Below, piece by piece: positions 1 through 9,539 of a stretch of 64,000 nt of DNA; positions within the stretch are counted from its first letter, which is position 1, and every line of letters starts with the position of its first letter. The stretch is from Planctomycetota bacterium (GTDB lineage Bacteria > Planctomycetota > UBA8742 > UBA2392), in the NCBI GenBank assembly GCA_019186845.1, contig JABARW010000007.1, positions 1,386 to 65,385 of the forward strand, given 5' to 3'. The position numbers and the translations under genes were made by a program. The notes beneath the pieces are model-generated. The model was not told the DNA's origin. It saw only the letters and a list, made by a program, of their open reading frames with translations, and did no database searches.

Positions 1-5
1 CCGGC

Positions 6-1940
6 ATGCTTGAGTTCGCGCGCGGTCAATTCCTGTGGCTGTTTGCGCTGGTCGCGCTGTTCTTCGTGGTGTTCTTCCTGGCCCGGCGCTGGAAGCGGGC
101 CGCTGTCACTTACGGTTTCATCTGGCAGCGCGTGGCAGGCCGCGTGCGCCCCCCGGCCTGGAAGCGACTGCTGCGCCTGCTGCTCACGCTGCTGGTTTCA
201 AGTGCCATGCTGTCATCGGCGGCGCTCTACGCGGCCGGGTTGCAGCCCGCGGCCCAGAACGAAACGCCGCCCCTGCTGCTCTTCATCGTCATCGACAACT
301 CGCCAAGCATGAGGGCCTTCAGCTACACCCACAGGCAAACCCGGCAGAATCTGGCCCAGGACCGCGCCCAGCAAGTGCTCAACAGCCTCGCGCCCGAAGA
401 CCGCGCCTGCATCGTGCACTGGCAACTGGGCCGCCCCGTGGCGGGCCCGTTCCTCAAGCGCGGCGATGCCGCCGGGCCAGCCCCCCGCACAGACTATGCC
501 CCGGCGAGACCGGAGGAACTCGCAGGCTGCCTGCAGGCCGTGGGCCTGCCACCGCATTTTGCGCCGGCTCCAGCCGCCGTTTGCGCCGTCTGGCTGCTGA
601 CAGATGACCCGCCGGCGCTGGCGGCAGCGCCGGCCCCGGCGCGGCTTGAGCGTCTGGCGCCGGCAGCGCGCTGGGCCACGGTGGGTGGACTTCCCTGCGT
701 CGTGGAGACCTTCGGAGAGGCGGGGGAGAACGCGGGCTTCATCGAGGCCGTTTTCCGGCCCTCGCCGGCCGGAAGCGAGGACCGCGGCCTGCTGAGCGCG
801 CGCCTGCGAGGCCGGGGCAAGGCTGGGGCCATGTATCTGGGGTTCAAGCGGGACACGTGGGAAATGGATGCCCGGAGCTTTGAGCTTCCGCTGAAGGTCC
901 CCCACGACCTCGATTCCGACGGTCTGGACCTCCTGGTGCAATCCGAGCACGACATCCTCACACTCGACGACTTCATTCGTGTGCCCCTGCCTCGCAGCCC
1001 CATCCGGCGGATTCTGATCCTGCGACCCAAGGGTGAAGAGGCCAACCCCCTGCTGCGCGAAGGCATGGAACTGCTGCTGCCCGGGCGCAAGATTGAGGAA
1101 CGCGAGGCCGTCAACGGTGAAGCGGCCGAAAGCGACCTGGTCGTGATGGACCGCGTTGCGGCCGAGCCAAGCGCCAGGGCCCTGCTCTGTTTTGGAGCCC
1201 TGCCGCCGGGCCTGGGAGAAGTCGAGCCAGCCCGCGAAGCCAAGGCGGGCCTGTTTGAAGCAACGGCGCAGAGGCCCTGGCTGGGCTTTGAAGTCCCCAA
1301 TCTTCAGTTGCTCGCCGGCCGCGAGGCCTTTCCACTCAAGTCCGGCGTAAAGCTCACGCCCCTGGCCACACACATTGAGGCGGGCGTTTTGCTGGCCGCG
1401 GCCACGGGAGAGCGTGACGTTCTTTACGTTGGCTACTCGCCCAGGCAGAGCAATTTCCTGTTCGTTCCGGAGGGGCCCACCCTGCTGCAACGCTGGTTGA
1501 ACGCGCTGTTGGGTCGCGACACCACCTTGATGCCGCCCCTGCTGCCCATGGCGCAGTCCACGGAGATCGACGCCGGGGCTTTCATGACGCTGGAGGTCCG
1601 TCGCGATCCGGATGTCGGACCGGGCTATGCCTATGGCGCCGAAAGCTATCGGGTAGTCACGGGGCTGGACGGGCGCGCCCGCATCGGCCCCCTGGAGCAG
1701 CCTGGCCTCTACCGCCTGCTGCATGAAGGACGTGAGCTGGCGCGGTTCAGCGCCTACTGGGTGGATGAGCCGGAGCAGGCCGCGTCGTTCCTGCCCCTGC
1801 CCCCGCTGGACGAGCGGGCGCTGGTGCCCGCCGCGCGCGAGCAAACCTGGATAGACTGGTTTCCGGAAATCCTGCTCTGGATGGCGCTCCTGGGCCTTGT
1901 GCTCGAATGGCTGCTCTGGCTTGCCGGCATCACCGACTGA
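6..1940 (+). CDS. BatA-like membrane protein (N-terminal double-TM segment + von Willebrand factor A domain)
   Basis: 644-aa ORF. The N-terminus MLEFARGQFLWLFALVALFFVVFFLARRWKR resembles the BatA-type double-TM N-terminal domain. LLLFIVIDNSPSM is a VWA MIDAS DxSxS motif. There is a C-terminal hydrophobic helix, ILLWMALLGLVLEWLLWLAGI. Confidence 0.7.
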   Translation: MLEFARGQFLWLFALVALFFVVFFLARRWKRAAVTYGFIWQRVAGRVRPPAWKRLLRLLLTLLVSSAMLSSAALYAAGLQPAAQNETPPLLLFIVIDNSPSMRAFSYTHRQTRQNLAQDRAQQVLNSLAPEDRACIVHWQLGRPVAGPFLKRGDAAGPAPRTDYAPARPEELAGCLQAVGLPPHFAPAPAAVCAVWLLTDDPPALAAAPAPARLERLAPAARWATVGGLPCVVETFGEAGENAGFIEAVFRPSPAGSEDRGLLSARLRGRGKAGAMYLGFKRDTWEMDARSFELPLKVPHDLDSDGLDLLVQSEHDILTLDDFIRVPLPRSPIRRILILRPKGEEANPLLREGMELLLPGRKIEEREAVNGEAAESDLVVMDRVAAEPSARALLCFGALPPGLGEVEPAREAKAGLFEATAQRPWLGFEVPNLQLLAGREAFPLKSGVKLTPLATHIEAGVLLAAATGERDVLYVGYSPRQSNFLFVPEGPTLLQRWLNALLGRDTTLMPPLLPMAQSTEIDAGAFMTLEVRRDPDVGPGYAYGAESYRVVTGLDGRARIGPLEQPGLYRLLHEGRELARFSAYWVDEPEQAASFLPLPPLDERALVPAAREQTWIDWFPEILLWMALLGLVLEWLLWLAGITD

Positions 1941-2146
1941 TTTCTTCATTTTTGTTCAAGGGCGCACCCTTTGCCAGCCGATAGGCCAAGGACGTACACC
2001 GTTTCCACACCCGGAGAGCGCCATGACGATCACCGTTCGCACGCGCGGCAGCGCCCAGAATATCCGCCCACAGCCCGATTCGGGCAGCCAGTCCTCACGC
2101 CGCGGCTCTGTGGGCCGTTGAGCTTCCACTCGCCATTGCCCTCCTT

Positions 2147-3391
2147 TTGACAAGGCCGGACATGACCCGTCGCCGCCGCGCTTTTGCATTGATGTCAATC
2201 TTTGCCTTACTGGTGCTTGCCGTAGCCGCCAGCGGTTGCGCCCAGACACAGGCGGAAGAAAAGGACTACTGGCGCGAACTGCCGCCGGGCGCACACGCGC
2301 TGCGCAAGATCACGGATCCCGCCCAGATTCCCGATTTCACGCGCGCCTTCTCCGACACCGCGCGCCTGGACGAAACCTGCGCCAACAGCCTCAACTACCT
2401 CGCCAAGCCGTCAGCGGCCCAGTTCTTTCCGGTCAGCGGCATCTCGCACGAGCAGGTGCGGCTTTCGCTGCAGGAGTTCCGCGCCATGCTCGCGGGAGGC
2501 ATGAACGCGGCTGAACTCAACGCGGAGCTGCGCCGGCGCTTTGACGTGTACACGACCGTGGGCTACGACAACCAGGGCTCCGTGCTGTTCACCGGTTACT
2601 ACACGCCCATCTTCGAGGCCTCGCTGACAAAGGACCACCGCTTCAGGTTCCCCCTGCACAAGCTGCCGCCCGATCACGTCAAGGACCCCGTTACAGGCCA
2701 GACCCTCGGCCTCAAGCAGCCTGATGGCAGCATCAACCCCAGTTACCCAAGCCGCACGGAACTCATGCAGTCCGGCATGCTGGAAGGCCTGGAGCTGGTC
2801 TGGCTGGCAGACCCCGTAGAGGCCTACGTCATCCAGGTCCAGGGCAGTGCCATCTTGAGCCTGCCCGATGGCTCGCGCCTGGAGGTTGGCTATGCGGGCA
2901 CCAACGGCGCCGAGTACAAGTCTTTGGGGCTGGAGATGGTCAAGCGCGGCATGCTCAAGCGCGAGGAACTGAATCTGCGCTCCATCATGCGCTACTTCCG
3001 CCAGCACCCCAATGACTTCGAGGCGGTAGTGGCCGCCAACCCGCGCTACATTTTCTTTCAGCAGAACAGCGGCGGGCCCTACGGCTCCCTGAACGAGCCC
3101 GTGATCCAGATGCGCAGCATTGCAACCGACAAGAGCATCTTCCCTCGTGGCTCCCTTGTGTTCGTGGAAGCTGACATCAGCGCCCGCGGCACGAAGGAAC
3201 GTCTGAGCCGCTTCATGCTCGACCAGGACACCGGCGGCGCCATAAGGGCCCCCGGCCGCTGCGACCTCTATTGGGGCGTGGGCGAAGGCGCCGAGCGCTA
3301 CGCGGGGCGGACGTTCAATGAAGGCCGCATGTATTACCTGATACTGAAGGACAGCGAGATGGAGCGCCTGAAATCCCGCGTTGAACGCTAA
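2147..3391 (+). CDS. mltA: membrane-bound lytic murein transglycosylase A (lipoprotein)
   Basis: 414 aa. Lipobox-like signal LAVAASGCAQ. MltA-type motifs are present: GYYTPIFEASL, VWLADPVEAYVIQVQGS, and the 3D-domain-like DTGGAIRAPGRCDLYWGVG. Confidence 0.85.
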   Translation: MTRPDMTRRRRAFALMSIFALLVLAVAASGCAQTQAEEKDYWRELPPGAHALRKITDPAQIPDFTRAFSDTARLDETCANSLNYLAKPSAAQFFPVSGISHEQVRLSLQEFRAMLAGGMNAAELNAELRRRFDVYTTVGYDNQGSVLFTGYYTPIFEASLTKDHRFRFPLHKLPPDHVKDPVTGQTLGLKQPDGSINPSYPSRTELMQSGMLEGLELVWLADPVEAYVIQVQGSAILSLPDGSRLEVGYAGTNGAEYKSLGLEMVKRGMLKREELNLRSIMRYFRQHPNDFEAVVAANPRYIFFQQNSGGPYGSLNEPVIQMRSIATDKSIFPRGSLVFVEADISARGTKERLSRFMLDQDTGGAIRAPGRCDLYWGVGEGAERYAGRTFNEGRMYYLILKDSEMERLKSRVER

Positions 3392-3444
3392 GCAGGCCGC
3401 GCCTGAACCAGGCTCAGGCTGTCACTGAACGCAACGAGAGATGA

Positions 3445-3478
3445 GGGGCCGCCGCAGGGCGGCCCCCGTACATTTGCG
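3445..3478 (+). terminator. putative intrinsic terminator after mltA
   Basis: Perfect 9-bp GC stem ggggccgcc / ggcggcccc with loop gcag. It is followed by only a weak T-containing tail (cgtacatttg). Confidence 0.4.
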
Positions 3479-3529
3479 GAATTGCAGCCCCGCCACTTCC
3501 GTTCCGGATAAAACAGAACAGGAGCGCCC

Positions 3530-4108
3530 ATGGAACCTGCAAGGATACTCGCCTTCTCCGCCAGTCTGCGGAAAGACTCGCTCAACGCCAAACTCGTCAG
3601 GAACGCGGCCAAAGCCGCCGAGTCCGAAGGTGCAGCCGTCACCCTGATCCACTTGCGGGACTACCCCCTTCCCGTTTATGACGGCGACGAAGAGGCCGCC
3701 AAGGGCCTGCCCGAAAACGCCATCAGGCTCAAGGCCATGTTCAAGGAGCACCAGGGACTGCTGATCGCCTCGCCTGAATACAACGGCAGCTACCCCGGCG
3801 GCTTCAAGAACATGCTTGACTGGCTCTCGCGCAGCGCGCCCGGCGAGCGCCCGTTTGCAGCCTTTGAAGGCAAAGCCGCCGCGATCATGGCGGCCTCCCC
3901 CGGCGCCTTTGGCGGTATGCGCATGCTGCCGTTGCTGCGTCTGCTGCTTTCTGGCATGCGCGTGCTGGTGCTGCCAGACCAGGTCGCCTTGCCAAAGGCC
4001 ACCGAGGCCTTCCAGGAAGACGGCAGCCTGCGCGACCCCAAGATCGCCGCCAGCGTTCAAGCCCTAGGCAAACTGCTGGCACGTACCTGCGCGAGGCTCG
4101 CGGAATAA
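3530..4108 (+). CDS. NAD(P)H-dependent FMN reductase family oxidoreductase
   Basis: 192 aa. ILAFSASLRKDSLNAKLVRNA..., LIASPEYNGSYPGGFKNMLDWLSR is typical of the FMN_red/NADPH-dependent FMN reductase family. Confidence 0.8.
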   Translation: MEPARILAFSASLRKDSLNAKLVRNAAKAAESEGAAVTLIHLRDYPLPVYDGDEEAAKGLPENAIRLKAMFKEHQGLLIASPEYNGSYPGGFKNMLDWLSRSAPGERPFAAFEGKAAAIMAASPGAFGGMRMLPLLRLLLSGMRVLVLPDQVALPKATEAFQEDGSLRDPKIAASVQALGKLLARTCARLAE

Positions 4109-4165
4109 GGGCGCCCCGCCGCCTGTTCTAATGTTGTTCTACATAGAATGATAAAGGGGGCAGTC

Positions 4166-4864
4166 ATGATTTCCGTTCGCAAGGCACAAGACCGCGGCCA
4201 CTTCGACTTCGGCTGGCTCAAGACCTGGCACAGCTTTTCTTTCGGCGAGTATTTCGACCCCCAGCATCACGGGTTTCGCAACCTGCGCGTCATCAACGAG
4301 GACTTCGTCGCGCCCGGACACGGCTTCCCCATGCACCCCCACCGGGACATGGAGATCATCACCTACGTGATGAAGGGCGCCCTGGAACACCGCGACAGCC
4401 TCGGCAACGGCGACATCATCCGCCCCGGAGACGTCCAGCGCATGAGCGCCGGCAGCGGCATTCGCCACAGCGAGGCCAACCCGATGCCCGGCGAAGCCAC
4501 TCACCTCTACCAGATCTGGATTTTGCCCTCACAGCGCGGCATTGCCCCGGGCTACGAGCAGCAGAAGCTGCCCTTTGAGGACCGCGCCAACCGCCTCAAG
4601 CTGGTTGCCGCGCCCAAGGGTGAGGGCGCCACGGTGAGCATCAGCGCCGACGCCAGGCTCTATGCCGCCAATCTGGACGCGGGCAAGGCGCTATCGCTGG
4701 ATCTGGCCAAGGGCCGCCACGCGTGGCTGCAAGTCGCGCACGGTGAAGTCACTCTCAACGGCCACCCCCTGCAGACGTCCGATGGCGCGGCCGTCAGCGA
4801 CACGGCGCGGCTTGAAATCCGGGCGGCCCGTGACGCCGAGATTCTTCTCTTTGACCTGGCATAA
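4166..4864 (+). CDS. pirin family protein
   Basis: RGHFDFGWLKTWHSFSFGEYFDP...GFPMHPHRDMEIITYVMKGALEH is the pirin cupin signature. I chose the start at the ATG at 4166, which is preceded by AAGGGGG 5 nt upstream. The ORF extends to the ATG at 4148. Confidence 0.85.
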   Translation: MISVRKAQDRGHFDFGWLKTWHSFSFGEYFDPQHHGFRNLRVINEDFVAPGHGFPMHPHRDMEIITYVMKGALEHRDSLGNGDIIRPGDVQRMSAGSGIRHSEANPMPGEATHLYQIWILPSQRGIAPGYEQQKLPFEDRANRLKLVAAPKGEGATVSISADARLYAANLDAGKALSLDLAKGRHAWLQVAHGEVTLNGHPLQTSDGAAVSDTARLEIRAARDAEILLFDLA

Positions 4865-4921
4865 GCCGGCCCGCAAGCGCCTTGCTGCATCGGGAGGCCC
4901 CGGCGACTACAATTCCGCGCC

Positions 4922-5650
4922 ATGCGCTCAGCCCTGCTGGTGATGTTCGCCTTGACCCTGGCCGCCTGCGGCGGCGGCCAGGCCAATAATGCCCCGCGTT
5001 CGAACAACCCAACCAACGCCCCTCCCAAGGAGGACATCAAGTTCGAACGCGTGCCGCTGGAAGAATTGCCCGAGCGCGACCCACCCTACGTCTGGCCCTC
5101 AGACGGCTTTCGCATGGCGGCGGACCTCTTCTGGGTGTCCTGGAAGACATCGGAGTTTGTTCCATCGCGGCTGATTGCCTCACGCGACGGCAAACTCTGG
5201 TACGACCTTGGCAGCACGGTGAACCTCGTGCACTACCTGCCCGTGGACCTGGCGGGCTTTGGCAGCGACGTTTTGTTCAGCATCGAGTTTGAGGAGCAGG
5301 GCCGGAAGTTCCGCAGCAGGCCGCGCCGCGTGAAGTACGGAGCCGGCATTCGCTACGGTGTGCGCGAACTGGATGTGACGCTGGAAGCCAGACCGGATCA
5401 GAAGGTGGAGCTGACAGTTGAGGGGGGCGACTTGCAGGGCCTGTCCGCCGATGACTTCTGGTTTGCCCTGCTGCCCGATGAGCTGCGGATCTACGGGCTG
5501 CCGCGCCGTGACTCGGAGAAATCGGGCCGCATCGAACTGGTCATCGACGGTGCTACGCTGCCCAAGGACGGCTGCTGGGGATTCATGGAAATGAGGGACA
5601 GCCGCCGCGGCACACGCGACCGCGTGCTGCTCAAGTTCCGCCGCAAGTAG
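4922..5650 (+). CDS. hypothetical lipoprotein
   Basis: 242 aa. Signal peptide with lipobox MRSALLVMFALTLAACGGG. No recognisable catalytic motifs. Confidence 0.6.
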   Translation: MRSALLVMFALTLAACGGGQANNAPRSNNPTNAPPKEDIKFERVPLEELPERDPPYVWPSDGFRMAADLFWVSWKTSEFVPSRLIASRDGKLWYDLGSTVNLVHYLPVDLAGFGSDVLFSIEFEEQGRKFRSRPRRVKYGAGIRYGVRELDVTLEARPDQKVELTVEGGDLQGLSADDFWFALLPDELRIYGLPRRDSEKSGRIELVIDGATLPKDGCWGFMEMRDSRRGTRDRVLLKFRRK

Positions 5651-5660
5651 ACGCTGCGCG

Positions 5661-6878
5661 TCAGTTCTTGAGGGCTTCGGGGTCGTAAATGGCGCCGGCG
5701 AAAAGCAGCGAGCCGCTGGCACGGTCCACAATCGCCACCGCAAATGGCCGGTCAGCCCTGAACGTGAAAGGCGGTTCGGCGGGGGCGCTTTCCGCCTTCA
5801 TTTCAACCACTGTGGCTGCCGCGGCTTCCGCCCCCTGCTCATTGACTTCGAGCACCGCTTCATGCAGCACCCGCCCGATGAAGATGGGCCCCAGGGGGCT
5901 TGTGCCAAAGCGCGAGAAATCAGCTTCGCCAAAGCAGCGCTTCATGCCCAGCGCCTTCAAGGCATCCACAAGGCCGGCCTTGTAGCGCACCTTGAAGCGC
6001 GGAATCTCGATGGTTCCGCCGCGGCTTTTCATCCGCGTCATGGCGGAAAACTGGTCCGTGTTGAGGCCGGCCATGAGGTCAGACAGCTTCTTGCCCTTGG
6101 CGGGCAGGATGAACCACATGATGGCCTGATGCTCTTCGCCGAAGTAGAGGCCCACGGCCTGCCAGTCGGCGCTTTCGTTGTAGGGCACATCTTCCCACTG
6201 ACTCATCATGGGCAGCTTCTTCGTGGAACCGTCGGCCCGCGTGAAGTCGGCTTCCTTGGTGGAGGTCTTCTTGAACTGATGGGACCAGCCGCCCTTGAAG
6301 TGAACAGCGTTGACCAGGTAGCTGACGGCATCGTGCGGAATGGCGTCGAGCATGTCCGTGATCTTCTGGTTGGTCTTTCCGGCAATCCAGTCGTTGATGA
6401 CCTTGACGGAGGATTTGTCCGAGAAGTTCAGCGTGCGGACCTCCGCGCCGAAGAAATAGCGGCACTCACCCACAAACTCATCCTGCAGCGTCACGCGCGC
6501 CTTGTCGCTCCACAGCGAGTTGGCCACGCTGAGCTTGAAGTCCTTGCGCAAGTTCAGGGCGTCAAGCAGAGCCTTGTTGTGCGCGGGCAGCTTGAGGTCC
6601 GACACGCCCATGGCCTTGAGCATTTCGTCGCGCGTTTCGCCACGCGCGCCTCCGGCCGTCATCTGCAGCGCCGTCGAGATGGAAAGCGGCGAGAGGAACA
6701 GATTCTCGCCCTCCTTGTGCAGCTTGCCCATCAGGTTCAGGCCGAACTGGTTGTTGCGCGCGGCCAGCACCTTGGGGTCACCTTCACCCCTGGCCGTGCT
6801 CTCCTGAGCGCCCGTGGAGGCGCAAGCGGGCAGCAGGAAAGCGAAAGACACAACAGCAATGAGTCGAAGCGAGGACAC
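5661..6878 (-). CDS. serpin family protein with lipoprotein-type signal peptide
   Basis: 405 aa. N-terminus MSSLRLIAVVSFAFLLPACAST (lipobox LLPAC). Serpin motifs SPLSISTALQMTAGGARGETRDEM. The hinge/RCL is EQGAEAAAATVVEMKAES...FRADRPF. Confidence 0.85.
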   Translation of the reverse strand: MSSLRLIAVVSFAFLLPACASTGAQESTARGEGDPKVLAARNNQFGLNLMGKLHKEGENLFLSPLSISTALQMTAGGARGETRDEMLKAMGVSDLKLPAHNKALLDALNLRKDFKLSVANSLWSDKARVTLQDEFVGECRYFFGAEVRTLNFSDKSSVKVINDWIAGKTNQKITDMLDAIPHDAVSYLVNAVHFKGGWSHQFKKTSTKEADFTRADGSTKKLPMMSQWEDVPYNESADWQAVGLYFGEEHQAIMWFILPAKGKKLSDLMAGLNTDQFSAMTRMKSRGGTIEIPRFKVRYKAGLVDALKALGMKRCFGEADFSRFGTSPLGPIFIGRVLHEAVLEVNEQGAEAAAATVVEMKAESAPAEPPFTFRADRPFAVAIVDRASGSLLFAGAIYDPEALKN

Positions 6879-6936
6879 GGAGTCTCCCGGCAGAGGGTTG
6901 CCTTATTGGACGCAAGCCGGCGCGGCAAGTTTCGCC

Positions 6937-6967
6937 AAAAATGAAAACCGGCGCCGCAAGGCGCCGG
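6937..6967 (-). terminator. intrinsic terminator downstream of the 546-aa gene
   Basis: On the minus strand: ccggcgcc-ttgc-ggcgccgg hairpin (8-bp GC stem) followed by TTTTCATTTTT. Confidence 0.75.
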
Positions 6968-7031
6968 AGTATGGTCAGGCTCCCGGTTTGGGCCCGCCAC
7001 CCTTGAGGTTCTTGAGGGCCTCGAGGCCCTT
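6939..7031. repeat. 93-bp direct repeat copy A (remnant 3' end of the coiled-coil gene plus its terminator)
   Basis: Ungapped alignment to 9744..9836 gives 82/93 identical by hand count. On the minus strand it reads AKGLEALKNLKGGGPKPGA-stop, matching the C-terminus KKGLDALKKLKGGGPKPGA-stop of the 9780..10994 product. No long ORF lies upstream of it. Confidence 0.85.
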
Positions 7032-7042
7032 TGCCGTCTGGC

Positions 7043-8683
7043 TTACTGGATCGGCACCAGTTTGCCGACGTCCACCTGAACCGGAACCTCACCCTCGGCT
7101 TGCGTAAGGTCTACCAGGGATTGGGCAATGGGCCCGTTCTGGGCGCCCCGAACGACAATCAGATACTTGCGCCGAGGGACGGGACCTGTGCGGAGGGTAC
7201 CATCGAATGAAACACTTAACCTTTGAAAGTGATGCGCAACCGGCGCCGGATTGATGTACGACACCTTGTAATTCCCGGGCTTGGCGTTGGTGAGGGTAAT
7301 AGCCATGGTGACGGTGGCACGCTGTAGCACACAGGTCATTTCAAGCGCGACGCCCGGCAAGGGCGACACGTCAATGGGATAAACTTCAAAACCCTCACCC
7401 TCCACCAGCAATCGCTGTTCAGAGGCAGATACGCCTACCAGTGCGGCATGCCCCTTTTCGTCGGTCATGGCCTCGGTGCCGTTGGTGGCAAGCCGGTGCG
7501 GAAATGAGATGTAGGTTCCGTCCGCGTAGTGCAGGACGGCCCCCTTGACGGGGACGCCTGCCTCATCAACGACCCGGACCCTTACCGTGGCTCCCGGCTC
7601 GAAGTCATAGGCGTCCACCTCGCAGACTTCCGAGGGCAGCACCATCACGCTTCTGAAAAACACGTTGCCTTCATACCGCAGGGTTATGTCGTAGCGGCCG
7701 GGTTTGAGGTCGTACGAAGCAAAACGAAGTGTCTTGCTGTCTTTGCTGGGATCAGTTCCCAGCCTTCCCTTCTTGACGACAAACCCCAATTCCGCGTTGA
7801 TAATGAGCGCGTTCATATTCAAGGCCGCCTCGACGCCGTGACGATTGCCGACATCGGGCACACGCACCACCAGGCCGCCCCTGGGTGACTTCGACTGAGC
7901 CAGCGTCAGGGTAAAGTGGGCATCGGCTACGATCTCGTCAGCCTTGATGACGCGCACCGCCTGCGCGAACCCCGGCCGCGCTGAATTGGCCATACAGGTC
8001 AGGGCCAAAGCCGGCACGCGGCTGACATCGCAACGCCCCTGCACGACGTGTACGGAATCGCGAAACCCTCCGGAGACCAACTCAAGCGAACCCTCCCAAG
8101 GCGTATCATCAGCGTATTTCACGTCAAAGTAGAGGCGAAACACCGGCACAAGTTCGAGGTCGGCAGTGAATACACCGGAGGACTCATCCCAGGAGAAGTC
8201 CCGGTAGCTCAAGGTGCGAGCGCCTCCCCAGCGATCGTCGTCAACGCGAGCGATCAGCGATGCCAGACCCGCTCGGGAGTCAAAGCTCGCCACACCCGCG
8301 GCGTCGCATTGGACCCTGAACTTCTCATGGGCTTGTGAGGCCTCGGTGTAGTAAAGCGCAATGGCCAGCATCGCGTCGGCCACCGGCCCCTGTGGGCCCA
8401 GGCAGCGAACACGCCAGCGCTTGCCCTCCTGCACCATCGCCGCGCTTGGCACCCTGCGAGAGGGCACCCCCGTCGCCACCTTGGGTGCTTCGCCGGGCTG
8501 GGCACGGTCAGTGTGAGATGTGTGTACGTCCTCAACGGGGGCGGGCGCACCGCCTTTGGCAACATCGCTGCCCCCGCTATCCACCAGCCAGTAAGCGGAA
8601 CCAAGCGCCAGCAGAAGAAACAAGCCAATCACCAACCTCAGGGGCCAGCGACTTCTCGATTGCATGTCAGCACTTGCCGTCAT
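7043..8683 (-). CDS. secreted/anchored hypothetical protein with carboxypeptidase-regulatory-like beta-sandwich repeats
   Basis: 546 aa. N-terminal hydrophobic segment WPLRLVIGLFLLLALGSAYWLV. Segments such as VRVRVVDEAGVPVKGAVLHYADGT resemble CarboxypepD_reg-type domains. GC is visibly lower than in the flanks (53% in one sampled 60-nt line). Confidence 0.6.
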   Translation of the reverse strand: MTASADMQSRSRWPLRLVIGLFLLLALGSAYWLVDSGGSDVAKGGAPAPVEDVHTSHTDRAQPGEAPKVATGVPSRRVPSAAMVQEGKRWRVRCLGPQGPVADAMLAIALYYTEASQAHEKFRVQCDAAGVASFDSRAGLASLIARVDDDRWGGARTLSYRDFSWDESSGVFTADLELVPVFRLYFDVKYADDTPWEGSLELVSGGFRDSVHVVQGRCDVSRVPALALTCMANSARPGFAQAVRVIKADEIVADAHFTLTLAQSKSPRGGLVVRVPDVGNRHGVEAALNMNALIINAELGFVVKKGRLGTDPSKDSKTLRFASYDLKPGRYDITLRYEGNVFFRSVMVLPSEVCEVDAYDFEPGATVRVRVVDEAGVPVKGAVLHYADGTYISFPHRLATNGTEAMTDEKGHAALVGVSASEQRLLVEGEGFEVYPIDVSPLPGVALEMTCVLQRATVTMAITLTNAKPGNYKVSYINPAPVAHHFQRLSVSFDGTLRTGPVPRRKYLIVVRGAQNGPIAQSLVDLTQAEGEVPVQVDVGKLVPIQ

Positions 8684-8700
8684 GGTCTCAACCCGACATC

Positions 8701-9539
8701 TTAATTGAACATGAACACGTTCAGCACGTGTCCGGAGGCCAAATCACGCGCGATCGCAAAACCAGTGATCTTGCCGTCCGCCGTATCCACCGTGTTCACA
8801 CCCAAGGACACTTCGTGCCCAAAGTTGAACTGCGTTCCATCGGGGAAGGCGTAGGTAAACGGCCGATGAACCAGTCGCAGGGTGTCGCTGTGGTTGGCGA
8901 AATCAATGATGACCACTGGCAGCGAAGTGGAAACGGTGTCCGTGTGCGTTGGCCAACCGGTGGAGTCCTGGTTGGTGACGCTACCGCTGCTTCGCGTGCG
9001 CTTGCAGACAAGAAAGCCATCCGTGGAGGAAGTGCGATAGTCCCAAAAGCCGTCGAAATCAGACTCGCCGTTGCCCACCAACAGGTGACCTCCTCCCCAA
9101 ACTAGACTGACGCCGTCCACTCTGCCGTACCCGAAGTGAGCGGCCTATGCCGAGTAATAGTAGGAGGACATGCCCCAGATCAGCGGAGCGTTGGTTTCAC
9201 CAGCGACCTGAACCGTCTGACGCGTGCTCAGCGAAACAACCCACAGGGGCATTTCGACATCCTCCATGACACCGACCCAGGGGGTGAGATCCGTGGCATG
9301 GGAATCCCACGCATAGCTATTCGAAGTTGACTTGATGCGTCCGTGTGCGGTAGCTCGCACCGGTGTGCCTTGAGACACGTTGACCGACAGGAACTGGTCA
9401 GGGCCAGAGCTCCAGGAGACCCCGAAATATCGATGGGAGCGCCGTGATAGCCCCATGCAAACCCGGCGAGTAGCGTCGTGACGGCCAGCGACGACAACGC
9501 GATTCCGCAAAGAACTACTCTTGTGACGATTGCTTTCAT
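8701..9539 (-). pseudogene. disrupted secreted-protein gene (one frameshift and one in-frame TAG)
   Basis: The signal-peptide frame starts at the ATG at 9539 (MKAIVTRVVLCGIALSSLAVTTLLAGFAWGYHGAPIDISG). The protein-like reading then continues in the -1 frame (VSWSSGPDQFLSVNVSQ...YYYSA) after a GGGG run near 9428-9431. A TAG at 9145-9147 is followed in the same frame by AAHFGYGR and then ORF 8701..9120. Confidence 0.55.

Noticed and set aside
213-1949. 578-aa antisense ORF overlapping the BatA-like gene. Similar long antisense or alternative-frame ORFs occur at 5862..6944, 9774..11021, 11719..13032, 15740..16732, 18619..19410, 19459..20646, 22212..23480, 23632..24678, 28449..29600, 29350..31284, 31465..33492, 33821..35434, 37446..39497, 44563..45936, 54167..55507, 56626..57912, 57946..59418 and 60547..61530.
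   Set aside because: Each one overlaps a gene with recognisable motifs on the other strand or frame. Their translations are Arg/Ala/Gly/Pro/His-rich with no domains. Stop-poor antisense frames are expected at this GC content.
4077-4091. Sigma54-promoter-like TGGCACGTACCTGCG upstream of the pirin gene, plus other TGGCAC hits at about 16545, 22597, 40232, 52208, 53229 and 55628.
   Set aside because: The -12 GC element is absent or mis-spaced in every case, and most hits lie inside coding sequence. No convincing sigma54 promoter was found by eye.
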